Of a stretch of 64,000 nucleotides of DNA, positions 1 through 10,672 are shown piece by piece. The stretch comes from an uncultured Bacillales bacterium (GTDB taxonomy: Bacteria; Bacillota_I; Bacilli_A; RF39; UBA660): positions 12,932 to 76,931 of the forward strand of contig CAMKGA010000003.1 in assembly GCA_946412015.1 (NCBI GenBank), in the 5' to 3' direction. The notes below the pieces were generated by a model, which worked only from the letters and a program-made list of their open reading frames with translations, made no database searches and had not been told where the DNA came from. Numbering within the stretch: position 1 is the first letter of the stretch; each line of letters begins with the position of its first letter. Both the position numbers and the translations under genes were made by a program.

Positions 1-97
1 TACTTTTACCATTATAAGTAATTTTACATATATCATTAACATCAATATTAATCTCATAATTATTCAATTTAAAATATATCTTTTTTATATCAAACAT
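1..97 (-). CDS. hypothetical protein, N-terminal part only (gene runs off window start)
   Basis: ATG at 97-95 preceded by GGAGG (rc of 101-105). Reads MFDIKKIYFKLNNYEINIDVNDICKITYNGKS and stays open to position 1. Lies directly downstream of the 1551-aa ORF. Confidence 0.4.
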   Translation of the reverse strand, partial: MFDIKKIYFKLNNYEINIDVNDICKITYNGKS

Positions 98-106
98 AAT
101 CCTCCA

Positions 107-3100
107 CTATTTTATTTTAATTTTATTCTCAATTTTTAAGGCATTATTAAATAATTTCATTGCATCACTATCAAGCATTGAAGTATCAAACTTACTATTA
201 TTTTTAATTTGCTTTAAAGCTAGAGACAATTGTTCTTCTACTATATTTGTAATATCTACGCTTTTACCATTTATTTCTACTTTATCATTAATAATGATAT
301 CATATAATTTAATTATATCATCATTAATACTATAAATAATTACAAAATTTGCACTCTTTAATACTTTAGTATCGGAAATGTTACAATTATAAGTTTTAGA
401 AATAGCTTTCATAGGAATACTATCTTCCTCAAAATATTCACTAATCTCCGAATAATCATACTTAAGTCTATCAAAACTTATAATATTGAAAAGTTCTTTA
501 CTATCTAGTGAGTATTCATCAAGTATCTTATATTCATCATTGAAAACAGCTAAATTCCTACCACTGTAAATAACACTGTTATCTACACTTTCTAAAACAT
601 ATTGTTCTTTAGAATCATTAGTATATGGTCCATAAGTTAACTTTACTGGGCCTTTATAATCTAGCGGATGTACAATATTTGTATCTTTTTTTGCATTATT
701 TCTAATGACGTCTGCTATATCATTATAACCTAAACCAACTGTTACTTTATTCAATATAAACTTACTATACTCATCCTCTGTAATAATTTTATTATCTAAT
801 AATTCTTTATATTTTTCTTTATCCTTTTCAATTATTTCTAGTGCAGCCTGTTTATATACATCATAAACTTTTTTTGCTATATATTCATCATCATACCTTT
901 CAAATACTTTATTAGGTATTTCAATATTATCAAAACAAATAGTATTATTATTTCTCCATACCCAACTTTGAGATATAATGTTTTCTTCAAAATCTTTAAC
1001 AACAAATACTCTACCATCAGCACTAGTCATAGAATGTTGCATACACCACTCTGCTTGATCACCTAACTCTTGACAACAATCAGTAAGAGTTCCAATCGCA
1101 AGTGCGAGCGGATCATCAAGCCTTAGCATCTCATAATTAAATTCATCGGTTTTATTTTCAATTCTAGGAATACTACTATAAACTCTTTGTTTTCCATAAT
1201 TGTATATATTCTGTAGTACCGCAAATTCTTCTTGTTCATATCCAGCAATAGATGAAATTCTTGCAACATTATCATTAACAGTATCTAATTCAGAATATTT
1301 TATTGTTGATACATAATTTAATGCCATATCTAATGTTAGTTTACGATTACTATTTATCGCACATATATTTTTAAAATTTCTTTGGATACTTGCAATATTT
1401 TTAGAATACTTATCATTACTTAAAATAGTACTCAAGTTATTAAATAAAAATTCTCTAAATTTTGGATCATATTGCAATTTAAATCTACCAAATAACGAGT
1501 GTGCTTTAAATCCTGTTAATACTGGATAATTAATCGCAACTGTTAAACAAATATTTAGTGTGCTAAACACATCTTTATTAACATTATTTTCTATTGTAAG
1601 TTCATATTCGCTATCATTTTTCTTAGTATATATTTTATCAATTAATTTATCACCCTTGATTCCTAAAGCATTTCTAACATCTCTAAAAGTATAACTATTA
1701 TCTTCTTTTTCTTTTAATAATTCATAAGTTTCTTTAGAAATAGTTTTAGGTGATGTGGTAAGTAATTCATATAGTTGATTATATCCTTTTGAATCATTGT
1801 CAAAAATTCCAAACGCATATGCAAGCTTTAAAAGTGCATCAACAGTCTCATCAGAATACGAAAACTCTTTAATACTCATAAGCTTACTCCATTTACGCCC
1901 ATTTGCTAAAAACTTGTCAGCCTCAGAAATATCAAATGCTTGCATTACTACATTATTTGGAATAAACCTTCCACCTGTTTTATCATACCATCTTTTTACC
2001 AAGTCAACACTTTCTTTAGAATGTAACATCTTATTAATAATATCAGGATATCTGAATCCAAGTTTTAAACCATCATTTTCACCTAATATATTAAAATAAT
2101 GAGTTATAATATCTTTGTCATAGTTTATATTTCGTAAAAAAACTTGTGATATTCTTTTATCCTTTAAATAAGGCAACCACTCAGGATGAATACTAATGGT
2201 ATCAAAATTTATATTATTAGATAAATTTGGATAATAACTATAATGTAAAATATCGGGTGCATTTTCATCTAGAAATAATTCTGGATGATTTTTCTTCAAA
2301 AATTCCGGTGCATCATGACGATAATAGTTACCACCTAAATAACAATATTTAACAATTGCATCCTCAATAGCTGTACAATAATACTCTAAAGGTTTTCCTT
2401 TTTCTAGTGAATTTTTTGAATCAAAGAATGCATCAGATAAATATTCTTGTGCATTTTCTAAATATGGGCCATACTTATAAAGAGCTTTTAAATAAGTTTC
2501 ATTACCCAAATAACTTATTAAATTGTAATAAATATCATAATCGCTATAATAAAAATTATTATCTAAAGAACTTGTATTATAATTATTTCTTGAATTCATT
2601 ATTAATTGTAAATTTTTATTTTTTAATATATCTATTAAAATAGGATATTGTTGAATAAATGTAGAATCTATACAGTAATCATAAAATTCATCTTCAATAT
2701 TCTTTACAGTACTTTTTTTATATTTACTATTTAATAATTCTATATCTTCTTCTGTTAAAAAGATTTGGGGATATTTATTATAGAATTCGGGAACATCTTT
2801 TAAATCTTTATATACTATACCTCCATCTTTTCTATAATCAAGAATAGCATTATAAATGTATCTAATAATTTCATCATCAATTTCTTCTTTAGTAATACCT
2901 TCATAAAAATCTGATGCTATTTTAAGACCTTTATTTTTAATTATAAAGCCATATTTAGTAAATATTTCAAGTAATGCAGGTGTACCAAATCTAGTAGAAT
3001 ATTGTTCAAGAAAATTTTCAGAAAGGCCATTTATATATAATTCATAATCTCCTTTAATTACATACTGTAAATGTTTATCATATAAATACTTAACATAATC

Positions 3101-4762
3101 TTTATATTTATATATTACATCACCATCAATATTACAATTATAAAATGCATCAATTAATTCATCCGGAGCATTCCTATCCATAAAAATACTTGGATATTTT
3201 TCTCTAAAAGAACCTTTTATTCTATCTAAATTATCCAAAGACATTTCTCCATATAACATAAGATGTTCAATATAGTTTACTATTTTCAAGCAAAAATCAT
3301 TATAATCTATTATATTTGCAGACAATTTCACCTTGTATGTTAAAAGCCTATATACTTCATTTAATATTTTTCTTGGGGAAGCTATTGATAAAATTCCTGT
3401 TTCTTTACATAATTTTTCTAAATTGTTTATATTAAAAGTATCTAAAACTTTATGTTGCTCACCATCTAAAACTAAGTCATACCTAGAATGATGAAAAAAA
3501 TCATTAATTGTATTATATGAACTTATTATATTGATATTCATAGAATTAAAATTACTATGAAGTATATATTTTTTCTTACCATTAATATCCATATAACTTT
3601 CTATAAGATATTGATGCTTATAAATATAATTTTTTATTACTTTTAAAAACCATCTTTCAAAACTATCGTTATTTAAATTAGTAGGAATATCTTTGCAATA
3701 ATCTTTAAAAAAATAAATACTAGCATAATTAAAATATTCAAATACATCATGATGATATTTTAAAATTAATCTAAGTGGTTCATATCCTACTTGATTAGCA
3801 AAGTTTATTACATTCTTATTAAAACCAGAGATAAAATAAACAAATGGAGCACCTTTAAATAGGTCAATATACTCAAGAAAATCATCGTAATTAACACTTT
3901 TTGAATACCAATCATTTCTTAAAAAATCCGGCATATTAACATTTCTTAAGTATATCTCTTCATGATTTTCTTTATATTTCTCTGGAGCATTATTTATAAG
4001 AATCCAATCAGGATCATATGGTGTCTTCTTTAGTATAGATTTAGTTAAAATATTATCTAAATATTTAGCAACACTATTAACGCTAATAACTTCAAGTACT
4101 TTCATAAATGTACTATCAAAATCTTGTAAATTGTTACCTACCTTATATTCATATAATACTTTAAAAATACTTTCAGCATATTCATAATCATCATGATAGT
4201 ATTCATATAACTCTAGTGCTCTAGTAAACCCTAAACAGTTTATAAATTCAATATAATGTATATCATTATTTAAATGTTTAACAATGTTTTTGTCTCTTAA
4301 TTCTTTTAATTGCTCAAAATCTAAACTGACTAAATCATCAAAAGTTAATAAAGCACCATCGTATTTATCTTTAATAGATTTAGAAAATCTATTTGATAAA
4401 AATATATCAGAATTATCTAAATAAACTTGCCTATCAAATGTCATTCCAAATGTTTTTCCTTCAATTGATTTTAGATTAATAATTTTACAGTTTCTAAAAT
4501 CAGCATATCCATTAATATCCATATAATTAAAATTAATTGTAGCATTAGTTTTTGAAAAATCAGCAATATGATTTTCATCACTTACAATTGTTAAGCCTTG
4601 CCATTTGTTCGGAAAAATACGTCCTAAATCATAAGATAATAAATTATTTAAAGTTTTATAGTATTCATCTAATACATCATTACCATCATTTATTTTATTT
4701 ACAAGATTAATTAGTTTTTCCTTATACTCTAAAAAAGTATCCTGATTCATTACCCCGTTCAT
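107..4762 (-). CDS. giant orphan protein (1551 aa), no family recognised; internal (K/N)(Y/H)P-x-(I/L)F...NAPD repeats and a Cys/His-rich core
   Basis: Uninterrupted 4.6 kb ORF with GAGGA upstream of the ATG. Repeated motifs: EKYPSIFMDRNAPDELIDAFY, NKYPQIFLTEEDIELL, KNHPELFLDENAPDILHYSYY. Core sequence: GTLTDCCQELGDQAEWCMQHSMTSADGRVFVV...QSWVWRNNNTICFDNIE. No signal peptide or TM segment seen. Confidence 0.85.
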   Translation of the reverse strand: MNGVMNQDTFLEYKEKLINLVNKINDGNDVLDEYYKTLNNLLSYDLGRIFPNKWQGLTIVSDENHIADFSKTNATINFNYMDINGYADFRNCKIINLKSIEGKTFGMTFDRQVYLDNSDIFLSNRFSKSIKDKYDGALLTFDDLVSLDFEQLKELRDKNIVKHLNNDIHYIEFINCLGFTRALELYEYYHDDYEYAESIFKVLYEYKVGNNLQDFDSTFMKVLEVISVNSVAKYLDNILTKSILKKTPYDPDWILINNAPEKYKENHEEIYLRNVNMPDFLRNDWYSKSVNYDDFLEYIDLFKGAPFVYFISGFNKNVINFANQVGYEPLRLILKYHHDVFEYFNYASIYFFKDYCKDIPTNLNNDSFERWFLKVIKNYIYKHQYLIESYMDINGKKKYILHSNFNSMNINIISSYNTINDFFHHSRYDLVLDGEQHKVLDTFNINNLEKLCKETGILSIASPRKILNEVYRLLTYKVKLSANIIDYNDFCLKIVNYIEHLMLYGEMSLDNLDRIKGSFREKYPSIFMDRNAPDELIDAFYNCNIDGDVIYKYKDYVKYLYDKHLQYVIKGDYELYINGLSENFLEQYSTRFGTPALLEIFTKYGFIIKNKGLKIASDFYEGITKEEIDDEIIRYIYNAILDYRKDGGIVYKDLKDVPEFYNKYPQIFLTEEDIELLNSKYKKSTVKNIEDEFYDYCIDSTFIQQYPILIDILKNKNLQLIMNSRNNYNTSSLDNNFYYSDYDIYYNLISYLGNETYLKALYKYGPYLENAQEYLSDAFFDSKNSLEKGKPLEYYCTAIEDAIVKYCYLGGNYYRHDAPEFLKKNHPELFLDENAPDILHYSYYPNLSNNINFDTISIHPEWLPYLKDKRISQVFLRNINYDKDIITHYFNILGENDGLKLGFRYPDIINKMLHSKESVDLVKRWYDKTGGRFIPNNVVMQAFDISEADKFLANGRKWSKLMSIKEFSYSDETVDALLKLAYAFGIFDNDSKGYNQLYELLTTSPKTISKETYELLKEKEDNSYTFRDVRNALGIKGDKLIDKIYTKKNDSEYELTIENNVNKDVFSTLNICLTVAINYPVLTGFKAHSLFGRFKLQYDPKFREFLFNNLSTILSNDKYSKNIASIQRNFKNICAINSNRKLTLDMALNYVSTIKYSELDTVNDNVARISSIAGYEQEEFAVLQNIYNYGKQRVYSSIPRIENKTDEFNYEMLRLDDPLALAIGTLTDCCQELGDQAEWCMQHSMTSADGRVFVVKDFEENIISQSWVWRNNNTICFDNIEIPNKVFERYDDEYIAKKVYDVYKQAALEIIEKDKEKYKELLDNKIITEDEYSKFILNKVTVGLGYNDIADVIRNNAKKDTNIVHPLDYKGPVKLTYGPYTNDSKEQYVLESVDNSVIYSGRNLAVFNDEYKILDEYSLDSKELFNIISFDRLKYDYSEISEYFEEDSIPMKAISKTYNCNISDTKVLKSANFVIIYSINDDIIKLYDIIINDKVEINGKSVDITNIVEEQLSLALKQIKNNSKFDTSMLDSDAMKLFNNALKIENKIKIK

Positions 4763-4826
4763 TACTTCATCCTCTCATTTAACACTTATATTTTATCATG
4801 TTTTTTATTATTATTCTATTATTTAT

Positions 4827-4853
4827 AAAAAAAAGATATGCAAAAACATATCC
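4827..4853 (-). terminator. rho-independent terminator after nuclease gene
   Basis: On the minus strand, GATATG-loop-CATATC stem (4835-4840 / 4847-4852) followed by a T8 run (rc of 4827-4834). Confidence 0.55.
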
Positions 4854-4901
4854 TAATTTTATAACACTAACACATTAATTAATACTTAATATATTTTCTG
4901 T

Positions 4902-5660
4902 TTATTCAAAACTTGCTTCTAAAATCATATCTTGAGTAATTGGCTTTGATAAGTCATATAATTCACCATCCAAAGTCCAACCAACAAATTTCTTATTTTT
5001 AGACTCAGGATTAGCAATAATATCCACCCTACTACCATTATTTACTTCAATTTCATCTAATACTTTAACATTTTTAAACAATACAATATATTTTTTATTT
5101 TTATAATTTTTTACTTTATATTCATTATACAAATTAATTTTACTTTCTATTACTTTTTTTTCTGATTTATAAAGCTGATCTAAATAAGTAAGATTTGTAT
5201 AAACATATTCAACATAAGCATATCCATTTTCAATAAGTAATTCTTGAAGTAGATTATCATCTACATATACCCATACTAAATGCCTTTGATATTTATCAGT
5301 TTTAATACTCGTCTTTTCGTAACTAACATAAATATTTTTAGCACTTTTTAATTTTTTACAAGTATAATTACTAGCATCTTTCCCATATCTTTCTACAACA
5401 GGATTTACCTCAGGTGTATTAATGCCAAGAAATCTATAAGTATAAATATTACCATTTTCTTTAAATCTTGCAGTATCACCATCAATACAATTTACAAGTT
5501 CAACTTTTATTTTTTTTAATTTATCATTATCACTTACAATAGCCTCATTAGCACTCTTTAAATACTTATTAAAATCGATGTGATAAATACCTGATATTAC
5601 AGCAATAAGCAATACTAGTAAAAAACCAAATATTATTTTAAATGTGGGTGAAAATTTCAT
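4902..5660 (-). CDS. membrane-anchored thermonuclease (staphylococcal nuclease/SNase family) with C-terminal Listeria-Bacteroides-type repeat
   Basis: N-terminal TM segment (IIFGFLLVLLIAVISGIY). SNase motifs CIDGDTARF...FLGINTPEV...YGKDASNY...RHLVWVYVDD. C-terminal KFVGWTLDGELYDLSKPITQDMILEASF. Confidence 0.85.
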   Translation of the reverse strand: MKFSPTFKIIFGFLLVLLIAVISGIYHIDFNKYLKSANEAIVSDNDKLKKIKVELVNCIDGDTARFKENGNIYTYRFLGINTPEVNPVVERYGKDASNYTCKKLKSAKNIYVSYEKTSIKTDKYQRHLVWVYVDDNLLQELLIENGYAYVEYVYTNLTYLDQLYKSEKKVIESKINLYNEYKVKNYKNKKYIVLFKNVKVLDEIEVNNGSRVDIIANPESKNKKFVGWTLDGELYDLSKPITQDMILEASFE

Positions 5661-6493
5661 TTTTTCTTATTTTGATAACAATAAATTGCATTTTTTATAA
5701 GCATAGTAACAGTCATTGGTCCTACCCCACCTGGAGTTTTAGTTATTAATGACACTTTATCAATTACGTTATCAAAATCTACATCTCCACTTATCTTTCC
5801 AGTATCATAATTAACTCCAACATCAATAACAACTGCACCATCTTTAACCATATCTTTAGTAATAATATTATTTACACCTGTTGCACTTACTAAGATATCT
5901 GCATCACGAGTATATTTTTCAAGTTCTAATGTTTTAGAATGGCATACTGTTACAGTTGCATTTTCATTTAAGAATAATTGAATTAGAGGTTTACAAGTTA
6001 ATTTACCCCTACCTACTAATACTACATGCTTTGATTCAATCTCTACATTACTTCTTTTTAACATTTCCATTACAGCAAGCGCAGTACAAGGTATTAAAGT
6101 CTTTCTACCACTTATTAATCTTCCTGTATTTATATCTGTAAGTCCATCAATATCTTTACTATTAATTATTGTATTAATTAGTCTCTTTTCATTATACCCT
6201 TCTGGAAGTGGTAATTGTACAATTATTCCATTAACATATTCATCATTATTTAATTCTTTAATTTTATTAATAACTGTTAACTCTGATGTACCTAAATCAT
6301 ATTTGAAATGTCTAAAATATATACCAACCTCATCACAAGCCTTTTCTTTAGCCCTTATATAAGAATTGCTAGCATCATTATCGCCAATTTGAATAACTGC
6401 AATAGATGGTTTAATCATTTCAAATTTTATACTTTGTTTTAACTCAGCTCTAATTTCTTCACTCATTAATCTTCCGTCTATTACTTTTTCCAT
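5657..6493 (-). CDS. folD: bifunctional methylenetetrahydrofolate dehydrogenase/methenyl-THF cyclohydrolase
   Basis: Full-length FolD-like sequence: [50 protein letters not shown]. Confidence 0.95.
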   Translation of the reverse strand: MEKVIDGRLMSEEIRAELKQSIKFEMIKPSIAVIQIGDNDASNSYIRAKEKACDEVGIYFRHFKYDLGTSELTVINKIKELNNDEYVNGIIVQLPLPEGYNEKRLINTIINSKDIDGLTDINTGRLISGRKTLIPCTALAVMEMLKRSNVEIESKHVVLVGRGKLTCKPLIQLFLNENATVTVCHSKTLELEKYTRDADILVSATGVNNIITKDMVKDGAVVIDVGVNYDTGKISGDVDFDNVIDKVSLITKTPGGVGPMTVTMLIKNAIYCYQNKKK

Positions 6494-7710
6494 AATTCCT
6501 CCTTATAAATAGGAAACTTAGATGTAATATCTAATACTTCTTTTTTTAATTCATCTTTAGTTTTCCTACCGTATAAACATTGTACCATAATATTGGCAAT
6601 CATTTCAAATTCTTTTTCTTTAAAGCCTCTTGAAGTCATTGCAGGAGTTCCAATACGAATACCGCTTGCAACATTCATACTATTCTTCTCACCAGGAATT
6701 GTATTTTTATTTACAGTTATATTTATTTCATCTAACATCTCTTCAGCAATTTTACCAGTAAGTCCAATAGAAGCCACATCTAAAAGTAACAAATGATTAT
6801 CACTGCCATCAGATACAACCTTAATGTTATTCTTTTTAAATACATCAACAAGCACTTGTGTATTTTTTACTACTTGATTAATATATTCTTTAAAATCATC
6901 TTGCAATGCTTCATAAAAACATTCTGCTTTTGCTGCAATTACATGCATTAAAGGTCCACCTTGAATTCCTGGAAATATGGTTTTATTAATCTTTTTAATT
7001 ATTTCTTCATTATTTGTTAAAATCAATCCTCCACGAGGACCACGTAATGTTTTATGCGTTGTAGATGTTACTACATCTGCATAAGGAATTGGAGACATAT
7101 GAAAACCAGTTGCAACCAATCCTGCAATATGAGCCATATCAACCATTAAATATGCTCCAACTCTATCAGCTATTTCACGAAAACGTTTAAAGTCAATTTC
7201 TCTTGAATATGCAGATGCTCCTGCTATAATCATTTTTGGTCTTGCTGATAGTGCAATTTCTAATACATTATCATAATCAATTAAGCCCGTATTACTATCA
7301 ACCTTGTAATCAACTATATTATAATCAATTCCACTAAAACTAACTTTAGAACCATGTGTTAAATGTCCTCCATCTGTTAGGTTCATACCTAATACTGTAT
7401 CACCTTGTTTAAGTAACGCACGATATACTGCCATATTTGCAGAAGAACCACTATGAGGTTGAACATTTGCATACTTACATTTAAATAATTTACAAGCATA
7501 CTCTATTGCTATATTTTCAATAGTATCAACATTTATACATCCACCATAATATCTTTTTTTTGGATAACCTTCTGCATATTTATTAGTAAATATACTTCCC
7601 TGTAATTTTAAAATATCAGTAGATACATAATTTTCCGAAGCTATTAATTCTACATTATCATTTTGTCTTTTAAATTCATTATCAAGTGCTTCCTTTATTC
7701 TTTTATCCAT
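6481..7710 (-). CDS. glyA: serine hydroxymethyltransferase
   Basis: [40 protein letters not shown] (PLP-lysine motif). Overlaps folD by 13 nt. Confidence 0.96.
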   Translation of the reverse strand: MDKRIKEALDNEFKRQNDNVELIASENYVSTDILKLQGSIFTNKYAEGYPKKRYYGGCINVDTIENIAIEYACKLFKCKYANVQPHSGSSANMAVYRALLKQGDTVLGMNLTDGGHLTHGSKVSFSGIDYNIVDYKVDSNTGLIDYDNVLEIALSARPKMIIAGASAYSREIDFKRFREIADRVGAYLMVDMAHIAGLVATGFHMSPIPYADVVTSTTHKTLRGPRGGLILTNNEEIIKKINKTIFPGIQGGPLMHVIAAKAECFYEALQDDFKEYINQVVKNTQVLVDVFKKNNIKVVSDGSDNHLLLLDVASIGLTGKIAEEMLDEINITVNKNTIPGEKNSMNVASGIRIGTPAMTSRGFKEKEFEMIANIMVQCLYGRKTKDELKKEVLDITSKFPIYKEELWKK

Positions 7711-8751
7711 TTAATCACTCCCACTTTCTTCTAATAATAAATCAAAGTCCGATTTATATAGTTTATCTTGTTTTATTCTATATTTTTCAAACTCAGTCAA
7801 TGCTTTGTCCATTGCTATTTCGTGTGATATTTTTCCAGCATCTTTCAATATATCTCTATCATCTGCAAGTAAAAATTTATCTATTCTTGTGGCCCAATCT
7901 TCCATTGTCATTGGAATATTTCGTTTTGCTCTTGATTCAGCTAAATCTAAAAATGCAGAAACAATTAATTCTAGTTGCTCTAATTCTCCTTTTGATAAAT
8001 AATTTTTAGCAATTACTACATCTGTTTCTAGAATTTTTCCATTAGGAGAATTCTTCCAAGATGTAAGTCCCATATTATTTTTTTCAGAATTAGCACGATT
8101 ATATATTATCTCTGCTGCAGTTTGATGGGAAATTGAATAATGAATTTTATTTTGAACTTTTTTGAAAAACTTAATAGTTGTTGGTGCCTTCGAATCATAA
8201 TCTACACTAGTTGCATATATATCTGTAATTTTTTGATAAAATCTTCTTTCAGATAATCTTATTTCCCTTATTTCAGCAAGTAATGAATCATAATAATCCT
8301 CATCAAAAAAAGCTCCATTTTCCATTCTTCGTTTATCAATTATATATCCTTTTTTAGAAAACTCTTTTAATATATTTGTCGCCCATCTTCTAAATTGAAT
8401 AGCTTTATCAGAGTTAACTCTATAACCTATAGAAATTACCATATCTAAATTATAATACTGTACATTTCTTTTTACTTCTCTATTACCTTCATTTTGAACT
8501 AGTAAGAATTTCTTACTAGTTGAATTTTCATCCATTTCGAAAGCATTATATATATCATTTATATGCATGGTAATATTATTTCTAGTTGTATTAAAAAGTT
8601 CTCCAATTGCTTTTTGTGTTAACCACAAATCACCATTTTCAAATCTAACTTGAATTCCTCTATCATGTGTTTGTCTTTCAAAAATCAAAAATTCAGCACT
8701 ACTACTTCTAACTACTAAATTATTAGTCAATTGAATCAACTCCTTACACAC
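7711..8751 (-). CDS. RhuM-family (virulence-associated, Fic/DOC-neighbour type) protein
   Basis: FENGDLWLTQKAIGELF...YYNLDMVISIGYRVNSDKAIQFRRWATNILKEF matches my memory of the RhuM family core. The stop codon directly abuts the glyA start (7710/7711). Confidence 0.75.
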   Translation of the reverse strand: MCKELIQLTNNLVVRSSSAEFLIFERQTHDRGIQVRFENGDLWLTQKAIGELFNTTRNNITMHINDIYNAFEMDENSTSKKFLLVQNEGNREVKRNVQYYNLDMVISIGYRVNSDKAIQFRRWATNILKEFSKKGYIIDKRRMENGAFFDEDYYDSLLAEIREIRLSERRFYQKITDIYATSVDYDSKAPTTIKFFKKVQNKIHYSISHQTAAEIIYNRANSEKNNMGLTSWKNSPNGKILETDVVIAKNYLSKGELEQLELIVSAFLDLAESRAKRNIPMTMEDWATRIDKFLLADDRDILKDAGKISHEIAMDKALTEFEKYRIKQDKLYKSDFDLLLEESGSD

Positions 8752-8771
8752 TATAATATATTATTAATAAT

Positions 8772-9233
8772 TTATTTTTTATATTCAAATATTACTGGAG
8801 ACGTAGAAAAAGCTTGTACTAACGGTGTCTTATTATCATAATTAATTTTATAATAATGGCATATAAACGCCGTTAAATTTACTCCACTTGTAACACATAT
8901 AATATTATCAGAATCATTACACTCATTAATAATATCTTCTATAGCATCTATATTTCTTTTTAAAAATTCTTCTTTAGTTTCACACTTTTTAAATTCATTA
9001 AATCTATCTTCATAAATAATATCAATATTTAAATTTTTATTTAATATTTCTGCAGTATGTTTACACCTTTTATATGGTGATGAAATAATTTTCGTAACAT
9101 TTAATTTCTCTATTTTACTAGATAACAATTCTGCATCTTTAACACCATCTAAAGTTATATCGTCAAATTGTCTTAAATCATCATTTAAATTACTAAAATC
9201 ACGTTCTGCATGATGAACATAAATTAATTTCAT
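8772..9233 (-). CDS. histidine phosphatase (phosphoglycerate-mutase-like) superfamily protein, atypical active-site motif
   Basis: N-terminal LIYVHHAERD where RHG-x-R is expected, then ITLDG...IISSPYKRCKHTAE. Small (153 aa). Confidence 0.5.
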   Translation of the reverse strand: MKLIYVHHAERDFSNLNDDLRQFDDITLDGVKDAELLSSKIEKLNVTKIISSPYKRCKHTAEILNKNLNIDIIYEDRFNEFKKCETKEEFLKRNIDAIEDIINECNDSDNIICVTSGVNLTAFICHYYKINYDNKTPLVQAFSTSPVIFEYKK

Positions 9234-9240
9234 AATCCTC

Positions 9241-10434
9241 CTAAAAATTAAACATTAACCATTCTGTTTTAAATGCCATAAGCAATCCTATTATTATCAT
9301 AATAATACCACCTATAAGATGTGAATACTTACTATACTTATTAGATATACCTGTCACCTTAAATGTAATCATAGCAATACTAAATACGATAATATCATCT
9401 ATCATAAAAAATAGTAAATATAAGAAGAAATAAATAAACGTTTCAAATGCACTAACATTATTCATAGCTATTATATTAGTAAACATAACAGGTAACCCTG
9501 CAGAACAAGCAAGTTCAATTAAGTTAACTGAAAAAGCTAGAAATATTATGCCAAAGAAAGCAAAAATAAAACTTTTTTCTGCCAATATTTTTTTAATTTT
9601 ATCAACTATTTTTCTTCTTTTTTTAGCATCAGTAACATCACATCCAACATCTTTTTTTCTACTTTTAATATATGATCTTAAATTAATTATACCACCTACT
9701 AGTGCAACTAGGGCAATAATATATTTAAACCATGTTTGTATAATTGCAGATGCTACTTGAAGATATGCAAGCATAAATAATAAATAAACTAAAGCTGATG
9801 ATATAATAAATGTAAAACCTAATATCCACATACGTCGTCTATCTTTTAAATTAATTAACATAGTAATTAAAAATAGTAAAATCCACATCGCACACGGATT
9901 AAATCCATCTACAAGACCTATCACTATAGAAACAAGTGGAAGAGATACTTTTTTTACATCTACCTTACCAATTAAAGGTAATTTTTTTATACTTGATTTT
10001 TTAATAATATCCTTATTCTGCTTTTTACACTTAGAAACATTTTTTTTGTTTAATATTGCATCTACTACATCACAATAATCACTACCATGATACTGCTCAA
10101 TTAATGATTCAATATCACTTTCAGTACTACTGCTAAATCCAATAATATAATCATTTCCAACAACAGTAATTGGAACATAACTTTCCTTTATCTTAAGACC
10201 ATCTCTAACTTGTTCAGTTACAGACATACTTTCATGAATTTCATACTCTTTTACCTTTATATAATCATATTTTTTCTTTAATTTTTTTAAATACGCTCTT
10301 TCTTCTTTACAATGCGGACATGATGAACTATGAAATAAATAAAGTTTCACGTCCTTTGCATTTACAAAAGAAACACTGAAAAAAATTGCAAAGAAAAATA
10401 CTAAGATATAAACTATTTTTTTCATTTTAATCAC
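9241..10434 (-). CDS. membrane thiol-disulfide protein: extracytoplasmic thioredoxin/glutaredoxin-like domain fused to CcdA/DsbD-like transmembrane domain
   Basis: Signal/TM segment, then SSCPHCKEE (CxxC), then a polytopic region with GFNPCAMWILLFL and ELACSAGLPV, typical of CcdA-type electron transporters. Confidence 0.7.
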   Translation of the reverse strand: MIKMKKIVYILVFFFAIFFSVSFVNAKDVKLYLFHSSSCPHCKEERAYLKKLKKKYDYIKVKEYEIHESMSVTEQVRDGLKIKESYVPITVVGNDYIIGFSSSTESDIESLIEQYHGSDYCDVVDAILNKKNVSKCKKQNKDIIKKSSIKKLPLIGKVDVKKVSLPLVSIVIGLVDGFNPCAMWILLFLITMLINLKDRRRMWILGFTFIISSALVYLLFMLAYLQVASAIIQTWFKYIIALVALVGGIINLRSYIKSRKKDVGCDVTDAKKRRKIVDKIKKILAEKSFIFAFFGIIFLAFSVNLIELACSAGLPVMFTNIIAMNNVSAFETFIYFFLYLLFFMIDDIIVFSIAMITFKVTGISNKYSKYSHLIGGIIMIIIGLLMAFKTEWLMFNF

Positions 10435-10672
10435 TCAAAAACTTTCTAATTTCTTCCTTAGTATGTTCTCCTACTAATCTTTTATCACCTTTTATATATA
10501 CTGGAAGAATATCGGTAACATTATATTTATCAACCATATCAGTATCAATATCATAATCATAATCGATAATATCAATATTAAGTTCACTAGCTACTTCATT
10601 AAATCTACTCTTCATAATCAAACAACTACTACACCATATCGCACTTATTCTAATTACTTTCAACTTTAACAC
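10427..10672 (-). CDS. small thioredoxin-like protein
   Basis: 81 aa with WCSSC (CxxC) in a thioredoxin-fold context. Overlaps both neighbours, suggesting translational coupling. Confidence 0.65.
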   Translation of the reverse strand: MLKLKVIRISAIWCSSCLIMKSRFNEVASELNIDIIDYDYDIDTDMVDKYNVTDILPVYIKGDKRLVGEHTKEEIRKFLSD

